A stretch of DNA of 64,000 bases, taken from assembly GCA_043811375.1 (NCBI GenBank), contig JBDRNJ010000074.1:1-64000 (forward strand), written 5' to 3'. Below are positions 18,848 to 28,409 of this stretch, one piece after another. The position numbers and the translations under genes were made by a program. The notes under the pieces were generated by a model. The model did not search any database. It was not told the DNA's origin and saw only the letters and a list, made by a program, of their open reading frames with translations. Origin of the DNA: a bacterium (GTDB taxonomy: Bacteria; Zixibacteria; MSB-5A5; GN15; FEB-12). The first letter of the stretch is position 1. Each line of letters begins with the position of its first letter.

Positions 18848-19222
18848 TCAGTCACCCATTTCAACAATGAGCAGGTCGACCATTACCGGTCCGGCGGCCT
18901 CGGGATCGCGTGCGATCTTGAAATCAACGGGTGACTCCTCAGCCATAATAAAAGCGGCGTCGTGACTGCGCTGCCTGACAATTACCCGCGGCGACGCGAT
19001 CGTTGCCGGCAACTGGTTTCCCCGGTGGTCGGACAGATCGCCAAACAAAACCTGCTGGGTGCTACCGCCAATATCGCCGGTTGCGTAAAGTACCGTTTCC
19101 TGGGTACCTACTTTCTCCGACACCAGCAGATCTACCTCGTCCCAGACGGGCAGACCCCAGACAACAAATCCGGGTACGAACCAGGCCCGGCGTGCGGTTA
19201 CCTTTTCCAATCCTGCTGTCAT
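18848..19222 (-). CDS. Hypothetical protein of the phage-like cluster
   Basis: AGGAGG SD; 124 aa, beta-rich. Confidence 0.65.
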   Translation of the reverse strand: MTAGLEKVTARRAWFVPGFVVWGLPVWDEVDLLVSEKVGTQETVLYATGDIGGSTQQVLFGDLSDHRGNQLPATIASPRVIVRQRSHDAAFIMAEESPVDFKIARDPEAAGPVMVDLLIVEMGD

Positions 19223-19232
19223 CAATCCTCCC

Positions 19233-20042
19233 TTAGCTGTGCACCGGCGGCGCCGGTCCCTCACAAGGCGGCCGGAATGATCGCAATAATTGCTCCGAGC
19301 GCCGGCTGTAAACCTCGGCCAGTTCCATCCATACCGTGGCCGTACGATCATGCCCCTGCTGACGAGCCAGTTCGGCTCCCGCCGATGCCCGACACACTAT
19401 TCCCAATGCCTGGTATGTGGCGCTGGCCTGTAAAACCGGATCGGCTCCGAACTGACCGTCCGGGTCGATCTCTCGTTCTATCATGCCGTTGGCCTGAAGC
19501 ACCGCCCCGGTCAGCAATTCCTCCCGGAAACTTTTGTAGATCGGTGTGTAATCAAGATAGACCGTCTCACCGGCGGCGATATTTCCCCCGGAGAGTCGTT
19601 TGATACGACCGCGGTCAGCGTCAAGTTGATAGTCGCAGCCGTCGGTGTACACGGTGTAAGCCACAAACCAGACGGTCACGGCCTTTCCCGGAGACAGATC
19701 GCCGCCATCTTTGATATACAGCCCCCCTCCGGCATCGTCTACAACGTAGTCGACATTTTCCGTATAAACGGTCCCCAGGGAACTGTCCGACGCCGCCACT
19801 ACCGATCCCGCCACCAACGGCGACGAAGCCACTGCGTTCTTGCCGCTACTGAGTGTGAAGGTCACCCGACCGGGAACTGTACTCTGCACCGATTTGACTA
19901 TTACCGAGGTCTGCTCGACCGGCCCGCTGAAAAACATGACGTAATCGTTTTGAATCACCAGTGGCTGGTCGACTACCTTCTCCTGCGAGGGAAGGGCTGT
20001 TGCCAGATGATGGCTGACCAGTTCAACGTTCGTGTATGACAT
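19233..20042 (-). CDS. Head-tail adaptor-like protein with inserted beta repeats
   Basis: MSYTNVELV start and helical C-terminus typical of connectors; two YTxxxDYxxD...G repeats. Confidence 0.6.
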   Translation of the reverse strand: MSYTNVELVSHHLATALPSQEKVVDQPLVIQNDYVMFFSGPVEQTSVIVKSVQSTVPGRVTFTLSSGKNAVASSPLVAGSVVAASDSSLGTVYTENVDYVVDDAGGGLYIKDGGDLSPGKAVTVWFVAYTVYTDGCDYQLDADRGRIKRLSGGNIAAGETVYLDYTPIYKSFREELLTGAVLQANGMIEREIDPDGQFGADPVLQASATYQALGIVCRASAGAELARQQGHDRTATVWMELAEVYSRRSEQLLRSFRPPCEGPAPPVHS

Positions 20043-20045
20043 GAT

Positions 20046-21455
20046 TTACCTCCTGACGATGAACGCCTGCAGGTCGGACGCGGCGGTTATCTGACTGCCC
20101 ACGGGACCAGTCGTGAACGAGGACACTACCTCTATCTTCACCCAGAACCGGCTCTGGCCGTCGACCAGGTGCTTCTGCCAGTCATCAGGCATGCTGTCAT
20201 AGTCGGCCCACAGCAACAGGTCCCGGTCGGTACTGTCCAGAGCGAAATTACCACCGGCGGGTGTGAACACCTGCCAGTGGGATCCGTCCCAGTAACTGTA
20301 GACGACAGTGCCGCCGCTGCCGGCCGTGGAGAGCAGGAACTTGACGTAACGAAATTTCTGATCCATACCCAGGTAGATAACGTCCCCGCCGTCTCCGACC
20401 AGAACACTGGAGCTTGAATGGAAAACATCAGCGGTGGTGCCGTCGCCGGCGACATCGGTCAGATCGTCGTAGACGGCGGCGGATGCGTCATACAGTGTTA
20501 CGGAGTCAAACGGCTGCGCGCGAGTGTCCAGTATTGTCGGCGTTGAAAAACTGCCGGTGCTACGCGTGGTATACTTGATCGTGATCTGATCCGACGCCAG
20601 CGACGACAGGTACAACACCGCCGGCACATTGTCATTGAACAGCAGTTGCGGATAGTCACCACCGTCGCTGTCCAGAGTGATTATCGCTCCCCAGTTGGAA
20701 CCGTCGTACTCACGATACTTCAACTGACCGTGATCGTAAGCTACACCCAACGAACCGTCCGTTGAAAAGGCGGCGTCAAAGTGGTGATCGAACGAAGTCC
20801 CGGTGGCGATATTGGTCTCGCTGGTCCAGCTCCCACCCGAGATCGGCCGCGAACGAACCGACAGATAGATACCACCGTTGGCGTAAACGACAAATATATC
20901 ACCGGGGCCGACCAGTACTTTGGTATAGGCCGACGATGCCCCGCTGGTCAATACATCTCCGGCATCGGATGGTCCGCTGCCCCAGGTCGCCCCCGCATCA
21001 GTCGAGGACTTGACGTGGATGTATTGGACACCACCGTTGTGCGTCCAGCTCACCCAGAGTTTACCGCCACTTTCAATGTCCAGTGACGGATAGCGCGACG
21101 TGTTTCCATTGTAGACAGTCACCTTGGAACCGACGTTCCAGCTGCCACCGGAGAATGTCAGTTTACGCGTTACCAGATACTCGGTGGAACTCTCCGAGTA
21201 GACCACGTGTACGTGGCCGTTGCCATCCATGATACAGTCGCAGGGCTGATCGGTCGCGTCGGTCGCAATCGTCGTCAGCGACGACCAGGAATTGTAAGGC
21301 CGGTCGGCATAGCTGTATTTTATTTCACCGGCGGCTGTCTGTAAGATAGCCACCAGCCGTCCGGCATACTGGCCGGAGGACACTTGCAGCAGCTTCCGAC
21401 CTGGGGCCAGGCCCAGTGGGGAACTACCGGTTGTCTGAGTTACTTCCTTTTGCAT
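20046..21455 (-). CDS. BNR/Asp-box beta-propeller protein, probable virion component
   Basis: SSTDAGATW Asp-box, repeated SGGSW/GSNW blades; no signal peptide; follows capsid gene. Confidence 0.65.
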   Translation of the reverse strand: MQKEVTQTTGSSPLGLAPGRKLLQVSSGQYAGRLVAILQTAAGEIKYSYADRPYNSWSSLTTIATDATDQPCDCIMDGNGHVHVVYSESSTEYLVTRKLTFSGGSWNVGSKVTVYNGNTSRYPSLDIESGGKLWVSWTHNGGVQYIHVKSSTDAGATWGSGPSDAGDVLTSGASSAYTKVLVGPGDIFVVYANGGIYLSVRSRPISGGSWTSETNIATGTSFDHHFDAAFSTDGSLGVAYDHGQLKYREYDGSNWGAIITLDSDGGDYPQLLFNDNVPAVLYLSSLASDQITIKYTTRSTGSFSTPTILDTRAQPFDSVTLYDASAAVYDDLTDVAGDGTTADVFHSSSSVLVGDGGDVIYLGMDQKFRYVKFLLSTAGSGGTVVYSYWDGSHWQVFTPAGGNFALDSTDRDLLLWADYDSMPDDWQKHLVDGQSRFWVKIEVVSSFTTGPVGSQITAASDLQAFIVRR

Positions 21456-21470
21456 GGCTCCTCTGTGGTT

Positions 21471-21503
21471 CAATGGGAGCCCGGCTTAACCGGGCTCCCA
21501 TTG
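21471..21503 (-). other. 14-bp perfect hairpin right after the capsid stop codon
   Basis: CAATGGGAGCCCGG-N5-CCGGGCTCCCATTG, no U-tract. Confidence 0.7.
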
Positions 21504-21506
21504 GAA

Positions 21507-22613
21507 TTACGTCCACACCGTGTCGAGAACGACCGACGCCTCCTTGATTACCTTGGCGTAGGTGACTGACTCGGAAATGACCGCTTCTTCGAACCGCTGT
21601 TCGATGATCTTGTCATACTCCACCATCAGCGGCTGAGTAACGACTTCCTCGACACCAAAGCGCTTGTCCAGACCCAGCACCAGGTCGCTGTCGACCTCGT
21701 CCGAACGCACCAGCGTGGCTCCCAGCGGACTGAACAGGTCGCCCGTCTGTTGGAACCGGTAGCCGGCCATAGGATCTTTGAACTCGTCCAGCGTCAGGAT
21801 CGTTTTCATCTGGTTGACATGGCAGATGATGGTGTTCATTTCGAAGGGACTGAACTGCGACCAGAGACTGATCAGATCGTCGTAGGTCAGCGTGCCGCTG
21901 GCAGCGGTGTTGATGACAGTAGCGTTGTTACTGTTGCCGTCACCGTTGATGATGGTATCCACCAGCAGCCCAATCTTGTCGGTCTGAATCTTGAAGCCGA
22001 TGTACCACAGCAACACCCGAAACTGCGACGTTGCCCGGTAACGCAGTGCCTTGTAACTGGTCTTCAGGGCCAGGCCGTAATCGGCCACCTTGACCGCATG
22101 CGTCTGCTCCGTAACCAGCAGTTGCGGAATGTCCGCCCCCTCTCCGATCGGACGCAGCGAAAACTTGCTGTCATCGGATGTATCGATGAAAATGGGCGTG
22201 TAGTTGTTGCTGGCTATGGTTGCGGTGTTGGCCACCAGCCGGCCCAGTTCCGGACGCATCGCCTGCCCACGCTTGATTTCGCGCAGCATAAACTCCGGCA
22301 TCAGCGTCGGCGCCTGCTGGAAGAACTGCTCTACCGTGGTCGGCATCTTGCCGCCCAGACGAACGCCCGCCAGAGCCAACTGGCGTTCGAAGGCATCCAG
22401 CGGACAACCCGCCGGAGTCGGGTCAAACTCTTCCAGCTCCAGCATCTCTGAAAGTGTCAGCCCCCGCGCCTCCGCCTCCATGTAGATATCTTTGGTGATA
22501 TCGATAGCTGCCGACCGACTCAGGTCTACCGGTCCGGTGGCCGCCTCTCTGCTGTCCAGTGCGTGCTGAAAACCGGCACCGGCTGTTGATTGCAGAAATT
22601 GATTAAAATCCAT
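21507..22613 (-). CDS. Phage major capsid protein (HK97-fold)
   Basis: LDAFERQL, IGEGADIP, YGLALKTSYKAL, TIINGDGN, EYDKIIEQRFEEAVIS pattern; 368 aa; position in head module. Confidence 0.85.
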   Translation of the reverse strand: MDFNQFLQSTAGAGFQHALDSREAATGPVDLSRSAAIDITKDIYMEAEARGLTLSEMLELEEFDPTPAGCPLDAFERQLALAGVRLGGKMPTTVEQFFQQAPTLMPEFMLREIKRGQAMRPELGRLVANTATIASNNYTPIFIDTSDDSKFSLRPIGEGADIPQLLVTEQTHAVKVADYGLALKTSYKALRYRATSQFRVLLWYIGFKIQTDKIGLLVDTIINGDGNSNNATVINTAASGTLTYDDLISLWSQFSPFEMNTIICHVNQMKTILTLDEFKDPMAGYRFQQTGDLFSPLGATLVRSDEVDSDLVLGLDKRFGVEEVVTQPLMVEYDKIIEQRFEEAVISESVTYAKVIKEASVVLDTVWT

Positions 22614-22625
22614 TGCCGTCCCTTT

Positions 22626-23045
22626 CTAATTGAGCAGAATCACACAGTCGGTGGTTCCATTAACATCCAGCACCGTGCCACGGGCGACATTGCCCCCGGC
22701 CGGATCGGAAGCCACCGTCGGCGCCTGCTTCACGGTTCCCGAAGTTCCACCGACCACCCGGTTGCCGACCACCGGATAGGTGGTTGATACGGCCAGGCGA
22801 CAGATACCCCCGACCTGAACCGTCGCCAAACGCCGGCCGTCATCGTTGTCAGTCAGTGTCAAAGCCACCAGCTTGCCCAACAATTGACCGTCGGCGCCGA
22901 CAGGCCCCACTTCATTGTTACCTGTTAATGTTACCGGCCCTCCGATGTCGGCGTCCTTGAGATCGTCGACGTCGCTGGTCTGCTTTATCTTGAACGTGGC
23001 CAGTACCGGCGCTACCGCTTCAAGATTTTGTTCTCTTACCGTCAT
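22626..23045 (-). CDS. Capsid decoration/cement protein
   Basis: Gly-rich beta protein (GGPVTLTG..GKLV..ATVQVGG) directly upstream of capsid gene. Confidence 0.65.
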   Translation of the reverse strand: MTVREQNLEAVAPVLATFKIKQTSDVDDLKDADIGGPVTLTGNNEVGPVGADGQLLGKLVALTLTDNDDGRRLATVQVGGICRLAVSTTYPVVGNRVVGGTSGTVKQAPTVASDPAGGNVARGTVLDVNGTTDCVILLN

Positions 23046-23169
23046 GGCATCCCCTTTACAATGCGAGTTTTCAGGTTTCAACAACGGCAGATAGTCCGAT
23101 CTGCCTCATCGAGAAAATAATGTGACCGGGACAAGGTCCCACCAGGTCGGGATAAATATCCCTCTGAGT

Positions 23170-23610
23170 CTATTTGTAGTCGCGGACAGCCACGGCTCCG
23201 GCTGAATTGTGACACGAGCCCGATACCGGTGCGAAACTGGTCGGAAAGGCGTCACGGAAACGGGCGGCTGTCTTGCGATACTGTTCAATCAGTTCGGCCG
23301 CTGTTAAAACCGGCAGGCTCTCCAGATATGTCAGGGCCTTCTGCCACTCTCGCGGATGACGGTTTACGGCTGCCACCGCTTTGACCATACCCCCGATACG
23401 GGCAACGCAGTCCTGACGCCATAGTTGATTCTCCTGCAGGGCCGCCTGGGCGGCGTCAACAACAACGGCATTCTCAGATAAACACCGTCTCAGTTGATCG
23501 AAGTCGATCAGGGACATCTTCTCATCCCCCAGCAACTCGACCAGCTCCCGCAAATAAGCGCTTTGCTCACTAAGGTTTTGAAACATCTTCCCTCGGCTGC
23601 TCTTTGACAT
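23170..23610 (-). CDS. Helical protein, possible scaffold
   Basis: Coiled-coil character; upstream of decoration and capsid genes. Confidence 0.55.
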   Translation of the reverse strand: MSKSSRGKMFQNLSEQSAYLRELVELLGDEKMSLIDFDQLRRCLSENAVVVDAAQAALQENQLWRQDCVARIGGMVKAVAAVNRHPREWQKALTYLESLPVLTAAELIEQYRKTAARFRDAFPTSFAPVSGSCHNSAGAVAVRDYK

Positions 23611-23881
23611 AGTATTCTATCCTGGTTAGTCGTGCTTCCACATCCTTTGAGAACTGAAAGAACTGCTCTCTACTGACCACCCCTTCTTTCAAGATCACCT
23701 CAAAACCGGCAAGTTTTTTGTCCAGAACCTCAACCACCGTGCTCTCAGCCTTCGCTTCCAGTTCGATACGAAGTGACTGGATTGTCAAAAAGTAGGCGGC
23801 GGCAATGCCTAAAACCACGGTCAGGACATTTATCAACTGACCGCTCAGCAGCAAACCGCCTTCGCCCTTTCGATTCACCAT
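23570..23881 (-). CDS. Small single-TM coiled-coil protein (possible holin-like)
   Basis: AAGGAG SD; TM LINVLTVVLGIAAAYFL then coiled coil. Confidence 0.6.
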   Translation of the reverse strand: MVNRKGEGGLLLSGQLINVLTVVLGIAAAYFLTIQSLRIELEAKAESTVVEVLDKKLAGFEVILKEGVVSREQFFQFSKDVEARLTRIEYYVKEQPREDVSKP

Positions 23882-23947
23882 TTCCGGCTCCTTATGTTTT
23901 TGTTGCCAGATTGTCGCATTCTTCCCTAAATGAAGCCCGGAAGTACA

Positions 23948-24646
23948 ATGCACAAGTATGCCGTTATAATTGCCGTCATGGGTTTGACCTGTCTTCTGGT
24001 CGCCTGCGGCCAGGACGATCCGCCGCCGTCGTTGAGTTCCGGCTTGGACGGCGCCGTTCTGCTGGGCTTGATCAACAACCGCACCCTGAGCTACCTGCAA
24101 ACAGACACCGTTGTCTCCATCGATCCTGACTACCAGGTGACCGTCACTCAGTCGCAACAACTAATCAGGATCAGCGGCAGCGGCAACGATTGGGTCGTCA
24201 CCGTTGCCGACACCCCCACCATCAACCTGAAGCTGACCGTAGAATCGGTTATCCAGAACGGCTACTGGCGAACCGTGGATGATCAAGATTCACTCTTCTA
24301 CTTCGACACACCACCGGTGATAATGTCCCGTTCGCCGAAATCCGTTCTGAGCTGGGAGGGATACACCCCCGCCTTTGAGACCGACACCTCAAGTTCCGCC
24401 CGGCTGGTGTACAACAGCTATTTTGGTTTCTACTTTCACAAACAACTCGTTGATACTGTGCGCCTGATTGTACCGGCCGGATCGTATAACACCTGGCACT
24501 TCGATGTCAACCTGTTTGCCAACCCGGTCGATACCATTCCGGTCATCCGCATCAGCGAGTACTACTCTCCGGCGGTGGGCCTGGTCAGACTGCACCTGCA
24601 AGGCGGACCCTTGACTCGCACTCTCAGCCTGGTCGAAATCAACTGA
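23948..24646 (+). CDS. Hypothetical lipoprotein
   Basis: LVAC lipobox; VPAGSY and EYYSPAVGLV motifs. Confidence 0.75.
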   Translation: MHKYAVIIAVMGLTCLLVACGQDDPPPSLSSGLDGAVLLGLINNRTLSYLQTDTVVSIDPDYQVTVTQSQQLIRISGSGNDWVVTVADTPTINLKLTVESVIQNGYWRTVDDQDSLFYFDTPPVIMSRSPKSVLSWEGYTPAFETDTSSSARLVYNSYFGFYFHKQLVDTVRLIVPAGSYNTWHFDVNLFANPVDTIPVIRISEYYSPAVGLVRLHLQGGPLTRTLSLVEIN

Positions 24647-26156
24647 GCAAGCGGTAGAACAAATACCGCCGGCGGGCGTCGAGCTGGATCGGTCGCAACA
24701 CGTACCGGCCACTGATAGATCCCGTCAGATTCAGAGTCATACCCTCCTGATCTCTCTTCATTGACAGCAACCGTCCACTGATCAGTTGCCGACCCGGCAA
24801 TTTCACCGCCGCCGTGTCAGGAGCCAGCCGGTCCGCGACAAACCGCCCCCCTTTTTGCAGACGACCAACATTGAATTGCCTGATAGCAAATACCTCAGAG
24901 AGGTCATCATCGCGCAGAATCATCAACCGTTGACCATCGTCATCGGGTTCGACCAGCGTGTAGGTACCACCACCTGATATCGGGTGTGGTCGATAGCGAT
25001 ACCCGGCCGACATCCACAGACGATTTGCCAGCGGCCACAGCCGCACTCCGTCGCGCGTCATAATCGCCCGTGCCGATTGATCTATACCGGCTTTTCCTGC
25101 TATCCGGTACCGCATGGCACGAATACGGTCGGGCCAGCCGGCGTCAACCGCGGTTGAAACCGCCAGACCGACAGGAGGAAACAGTTTCAACTCAAGACGA
25201 GTGACCGGCCCCCCTCTGCCGTCCAGATGCCGCTCCAACTGATCCAGTGTACATCGCTCGCGACCCCGATAAGCAACCAGGTGAGCGTATTCACGGTGCA
25301 TCGGTGGCAGATGGGATACACTAAAACGTCCTCCCACCGATTCCGGAAACACCTCTCCGTCGACACGTTCCATGTGCAAAACACCGCCGTCAAGCGTGAC
25401 CATTACCGGCAGCGCCTCATAGAAGGGAACCAGCAGATACTCCTGGTTTGCGACCAATTCCGACAACTGGTTAATATCAGTGACCGACTCGATACCGGCG
25501 CTGTCGCCGGGCTTCCGGCTGGTATCTGCGACCAGTTGCCGCGACACCGAGGTATCCGATACAGCTCCCCGGTAGACCAGCGAGGTCTCCAGCACCCGTT
25601 CGATCCGGCGATAATTGAAATAAACTGTTTGTCGGTCATCGTCCCGGTCGATGCCGGCTGTCGACGCACTCTGCAACGGCTCATGGGGACAGGTACGGAT
25701 ATCCTTCCCGCACTCCGAACACTCCGGAAAACGGAATGTGAAACCGATAGAGCATTCCTTGTACACCCCGCCGTCGATATTCTTACTGAGAGCCTGAGCT
25801 CCCTCGGTATCTTTAAGCCAGTAGAAATAACTTTTCACCCAGCTTCGTCCGCCCCGTTCCTCGGTAACGGCGTGGAAATTCCGGCCGATCGGCAGGTGGT
25901 CCTTGCGGTGACCGGCCAGCACCGGCGAATCAATCAACAATTGAACCAATCGACCATGCTCCTCTACCGGAAACCTTCCCCCAAAGCTATTGACTTCGTC
26001 AGAAACCACATACATGGCTGCAACATAAACATCGGACTCGCTGACCGGCTTCGGCGGATGTACGTTCCGGTTTATCAAATCGATCAGATCGGAAGAAAGA
26101 GTCTCTGCCGATGGTTGCACCAGGCGTGCCGTAACGCTGCCCAGACTGGTGTTCAT
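24639..26156 (-). CDS. Prohead maturation protease-like protein with long C-terminal extension
   Basis: PVLAGH, PIGR, KECSIGF, CxxC..CPH, ETSLVYRGA motifs; GGAGG SD. Confidence 0.75.
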   Translation of the reverse strand: MNTSLGSVTARLVQPSAETLSSDLIDLINRNVHPPKPVSESDVYVAAMYVVSDEVNSFGGRFPVEEHGRLVQLLIDSPVLAGHRKDHLPIGRNFHAVTEERGGRSWVKSYFYWLKDTEGAQALSKNIDGGVYKECSIGFTFRFPECSECGKDIRTCPHEPLQSASTAGIDRDDDRQTVYFNYRRIERVLETSLVYRGAVSDTSVSRQLVADTSRKPGDSAGIESVTDINQLSELVANQEYLLVPFYEALPVMVTLDGGVLHMERVDGEVFPESVGGRFSVSHLPPMHREYAHLVAYRGRERCTLDQLERHLDGRGGPVTRLELKLFPPVGLAVSTAVDAGWPDRIRAMRYRIAGKAGIDQSARAIMTRDGVRLWPLANRLWMSAGYRYRPHPISGGGTYTLVEPDDDGQRLMILRDDDLSEVFAIRQFNVGRLQKGGRFVADRLAPDTAAVKLPGRQLISGRLLSMKRDQEGMTLNLTGSISGRYVLRPIQLDARRRYLFYRLLS

Positions 26157-26344
26157 ACTACCTCCGTTACCGTTGTTTATAGTCAGGCGGAGACAAGTAT
26201 TAACCGACAATTCTGTCTCTATTTTGTGCAATAGTCTGCGAACTTTGACTTTCCTGCCGATTCCCCCAATTCAACAGCCCCCCCAACTCAACCAGCAGTG
26301 TCCCAATGAGTTATTGCAACAGCAAAACCAAAATAACTGCTGCC

Positions 26345-26360
26345 GGGCATATCTGTTGCT
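26345..26360 (+). promoter_or_regulatory. Putative sigma54 promoter of PEP-CTERM gene
   Basis: GGCATATCTGTTGCT, GG-N10-GC spacing. Confidence 0.6.
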
Positions 26361-26410
26361 TACCCGTATGACGACACAAAACTAAAAACAGATATCAGAA
26401 AAGGATAGCC

Positions 26411-26683
26411 ATGACAATTTACGAAAGAGAAGAATCACACTGGTTGAAGTGGTTACTGGGAACCATCATTTTTGTTCTGATTCTGACGGTCACTTTTGAC
26501 AACGTTTACGGAATCGGCGTTCCCTCGGATAACAATGATGGCGCTACCAGTGTCCAGCAGACTCCGGCCGGCACCGATGGGTCAGAATCCACCCCACCTC
26601 CGGAAGTCCCGGAACCGGCTACCCTGTTGCTGCTTGTTTCCGGCCTGGGAGCTCTGCATTTGATACAACGCAGAAAAAAATAG
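26411..26683 (+). CDS. Small PEP-CTERM protein
   Basis: VPEPATLLLLVSGLGALHLIQRRKK C-terminus. Confidence 0.88.
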   Translation: MTIYEREESHWLKWLLGTIIFVLILTVTFDNVYGIGVPSDNNDGATSVQQTPAGTDGSESTPPPEVPEPATLLLLVSGLGALHLIQRRKK

Positions 26684-26710
26684 CATCCTCCCAACCCTCT
26701 CTACCCCCTG

Positions 26711-26754
26711 AACGTCTTCTGAGTACCTCCCCTCAGGAGACGTTTGCTTTTTTT
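26711..26754 (+). terminator. Intrinsic terminator
   Basis: AACGTCTTCTGAG/CTCAGGAGACGTT stem then T7. Confidence 0.7.
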
Positions 26755-26918
26755 GTCTGACCGGCTAAAGATACCCACGTACACGGAGATCACAACAACC
26801 GACCCGTAAATGTCGGTCAGGGTCAATCATCATGGAAACTTACCCCATTCATTACACGCGCCGGGCTGGCCGGTTGTAACCCAACCTTCACCACAGATGT
26901 GCCACCGCAGGTTTGGTA

Positions 26919-28409
26919 CTATTCCTGCAGAGCCTCTGTCCACCAGATCAGGTTCTCCAGAAGCCCGTCGCTGTAACCGCTTTCCTCGTAGCGTATGCTC
27001 CCGTTTTTGTCGATGACACACAGATATGGTATGCCGTTGATACCATAGGCAGTAGCCAGATCATTGGTGCCGTAGAGCAGGGTCATGTCGTAGCCGTTCT
27101 CGGCCATGAATTCCTTTGACATGGCCTTCCCTTTCTCCCAGACATTCACCGAAAACACCCGTACGTCTTCGCCGGTGTGGTTCTCCGTGAAATCGTCTAT
27201 CATCGGCATCGCCTTGATACACCAACTGCACCAGCGAGCCCAGAAATCCAGCACCACCACCTTGCCGCGCAGATCGGCCAGGTTCACCGTGTTACCGGCA
27301 GCATCGATCAACGACCAGGCGGGAGCTTCCTTATCCAGCTTGTCGGCTAACGCCGCTTCTTTTCTTTGCGGACGCCCTTTATCCCAGTTAGACCGGAAAG
27401 AACCAATGACGTCGGCCCAGCGCGGATCCTGCCGCAATTCCGATAAATCCGAATCCTCCCGGGCGTGACCGACCAGGCTATATCCCTTTTCCCCGGCCAT
27501 AGCCAGATACTCAAAAGCCTTGTCATTATCTTTCATTAATGCGTAAAGACAGGCCATGTCATAGGTGACTGCACCGTCGGAATCGTCGCTCCCCGTTGAT
27601 GACAGATAGTCCAGCCCCGCCTGATAAGCCTTAGCGTCGATAAGCGCCCGCTGATAGTAAGTTGCAATATGTTTGTCCCGATCTTCTTCCGGCCAGCCGC
27701 GTTCGGCAATCCGATAATCGATCTCCTCCTCGATCGATTTCAAAGCTTCCTCGTATTGCCCCATCCGCGCCTGGAGATTGCCGCGATCAAGCCCGGACGG
27801 CCAGCTTCCCTCGGCCTTCTCGCCCGCTTCCAGTGTTTTCAGGGCTTCATCCCACCGGCCCTGGTAGATCAGGTAACCGAACTGAAACTCCAGCGCGTAA
27901 TCCTGACCCGGCTCCAGTTTGACCAGAGCTTCAAACAACGGTCCGTCTTCCTCAAGCATCGCCAGCAATTGTTGATGGTTTTCACCCTCTTCGTCAGCCT
28001 CCAGCAGATCGTTGACGTACGTGGCCAGAACCAGGCGATAACCGTACGGCCACTGGGGTTCGAGCATGATAGCCTGACGTCCCAGCCGTATCTGCTCTAC
28101 CGGGTCCTCGGTCACCCGTCCCAGTAAATACTTGTGTCTGGCTGCCTCCGGATGTGATTGGCTTTTCTCCCGGCAGTAGTCCCGTATTCCGTCAGGGTCA
28201 ACCTGTCGCCATTTGTTTTGAGCCTCCCGCACCACGTCGACATCTTCCGCATGTTCCATATAATCCCGGCACAGATTGACAATCGGAGCATCCTCTTCAA
28301 GTGCCTTGTATGCAGCCTTAAAAGATTTCATACTGTAGTCACCCGCCACCGTACAGGTAACCGGAAGAACAGTAACCACGATTAACATGACAAAAACAAA
28401 ACGTCTCAC
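26919..28409 (-). CDS. TPR plus TlpA/redoxin domain protein
   Basis: DFWARWCSWC, YGINGIP; TPR-like N-terminus; GTG start with GGAGG. Confidence 0.88.
   Translation of the reverse strand: MRRFVFVMLIVVTVLPVTCTVAGDYSMKSFKAAYKALEEDAPIVNLCRDYMEHAEDVDVVREAQNKWRQVDPDGIRDYCREKSQSHPEAARHKYLLGRVTEDPVEQIRLGRQAIMLEPQWPYGYRLVLATYVNDLLEADEEGENHQQLLAMLEEDGPLFEALVKLEPGQDYALEFQFGYLIYQGRWDEALKTLEAGEKAEGSWPSGLDRGNLQARMGQYEEALKSIEEEIDYRIAERGWPEEDRDKHIATYYQRALIDAKAYQAGLDYLSSTGSDDSDGAVTYDMACLYALMKDNDKAFEYLAMAGEKGYSLVGHAREDSDLSELRQDPRWADVIGSFRSNWDKGRPQRKEAALADKLDKEAPAWSLIDAAGNTVNLADLRGKVVVLDFWARWCSWCIKAMPMIDDFTENHTGEDVRVFSVNVWEKGKAMSKEFMAENGYDMTLLYGTNDLATAYGINGIPYLCVIDKNGSIRYEESGYSDGLLENLIWWTEALQE

Noticed and set aside
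21507..22613. Encapsulin nanocompartment
   Set aside because: Portal, terminase and protease genes indicate a DNA-packaging head, and no cargo enzyme is adjacent
23882..24160. Long 196-aa version of ORF 23570-24160
   Set aside because: Overlaps the opposite-strand lipoprotein; a good SD marks the ATG at 23881
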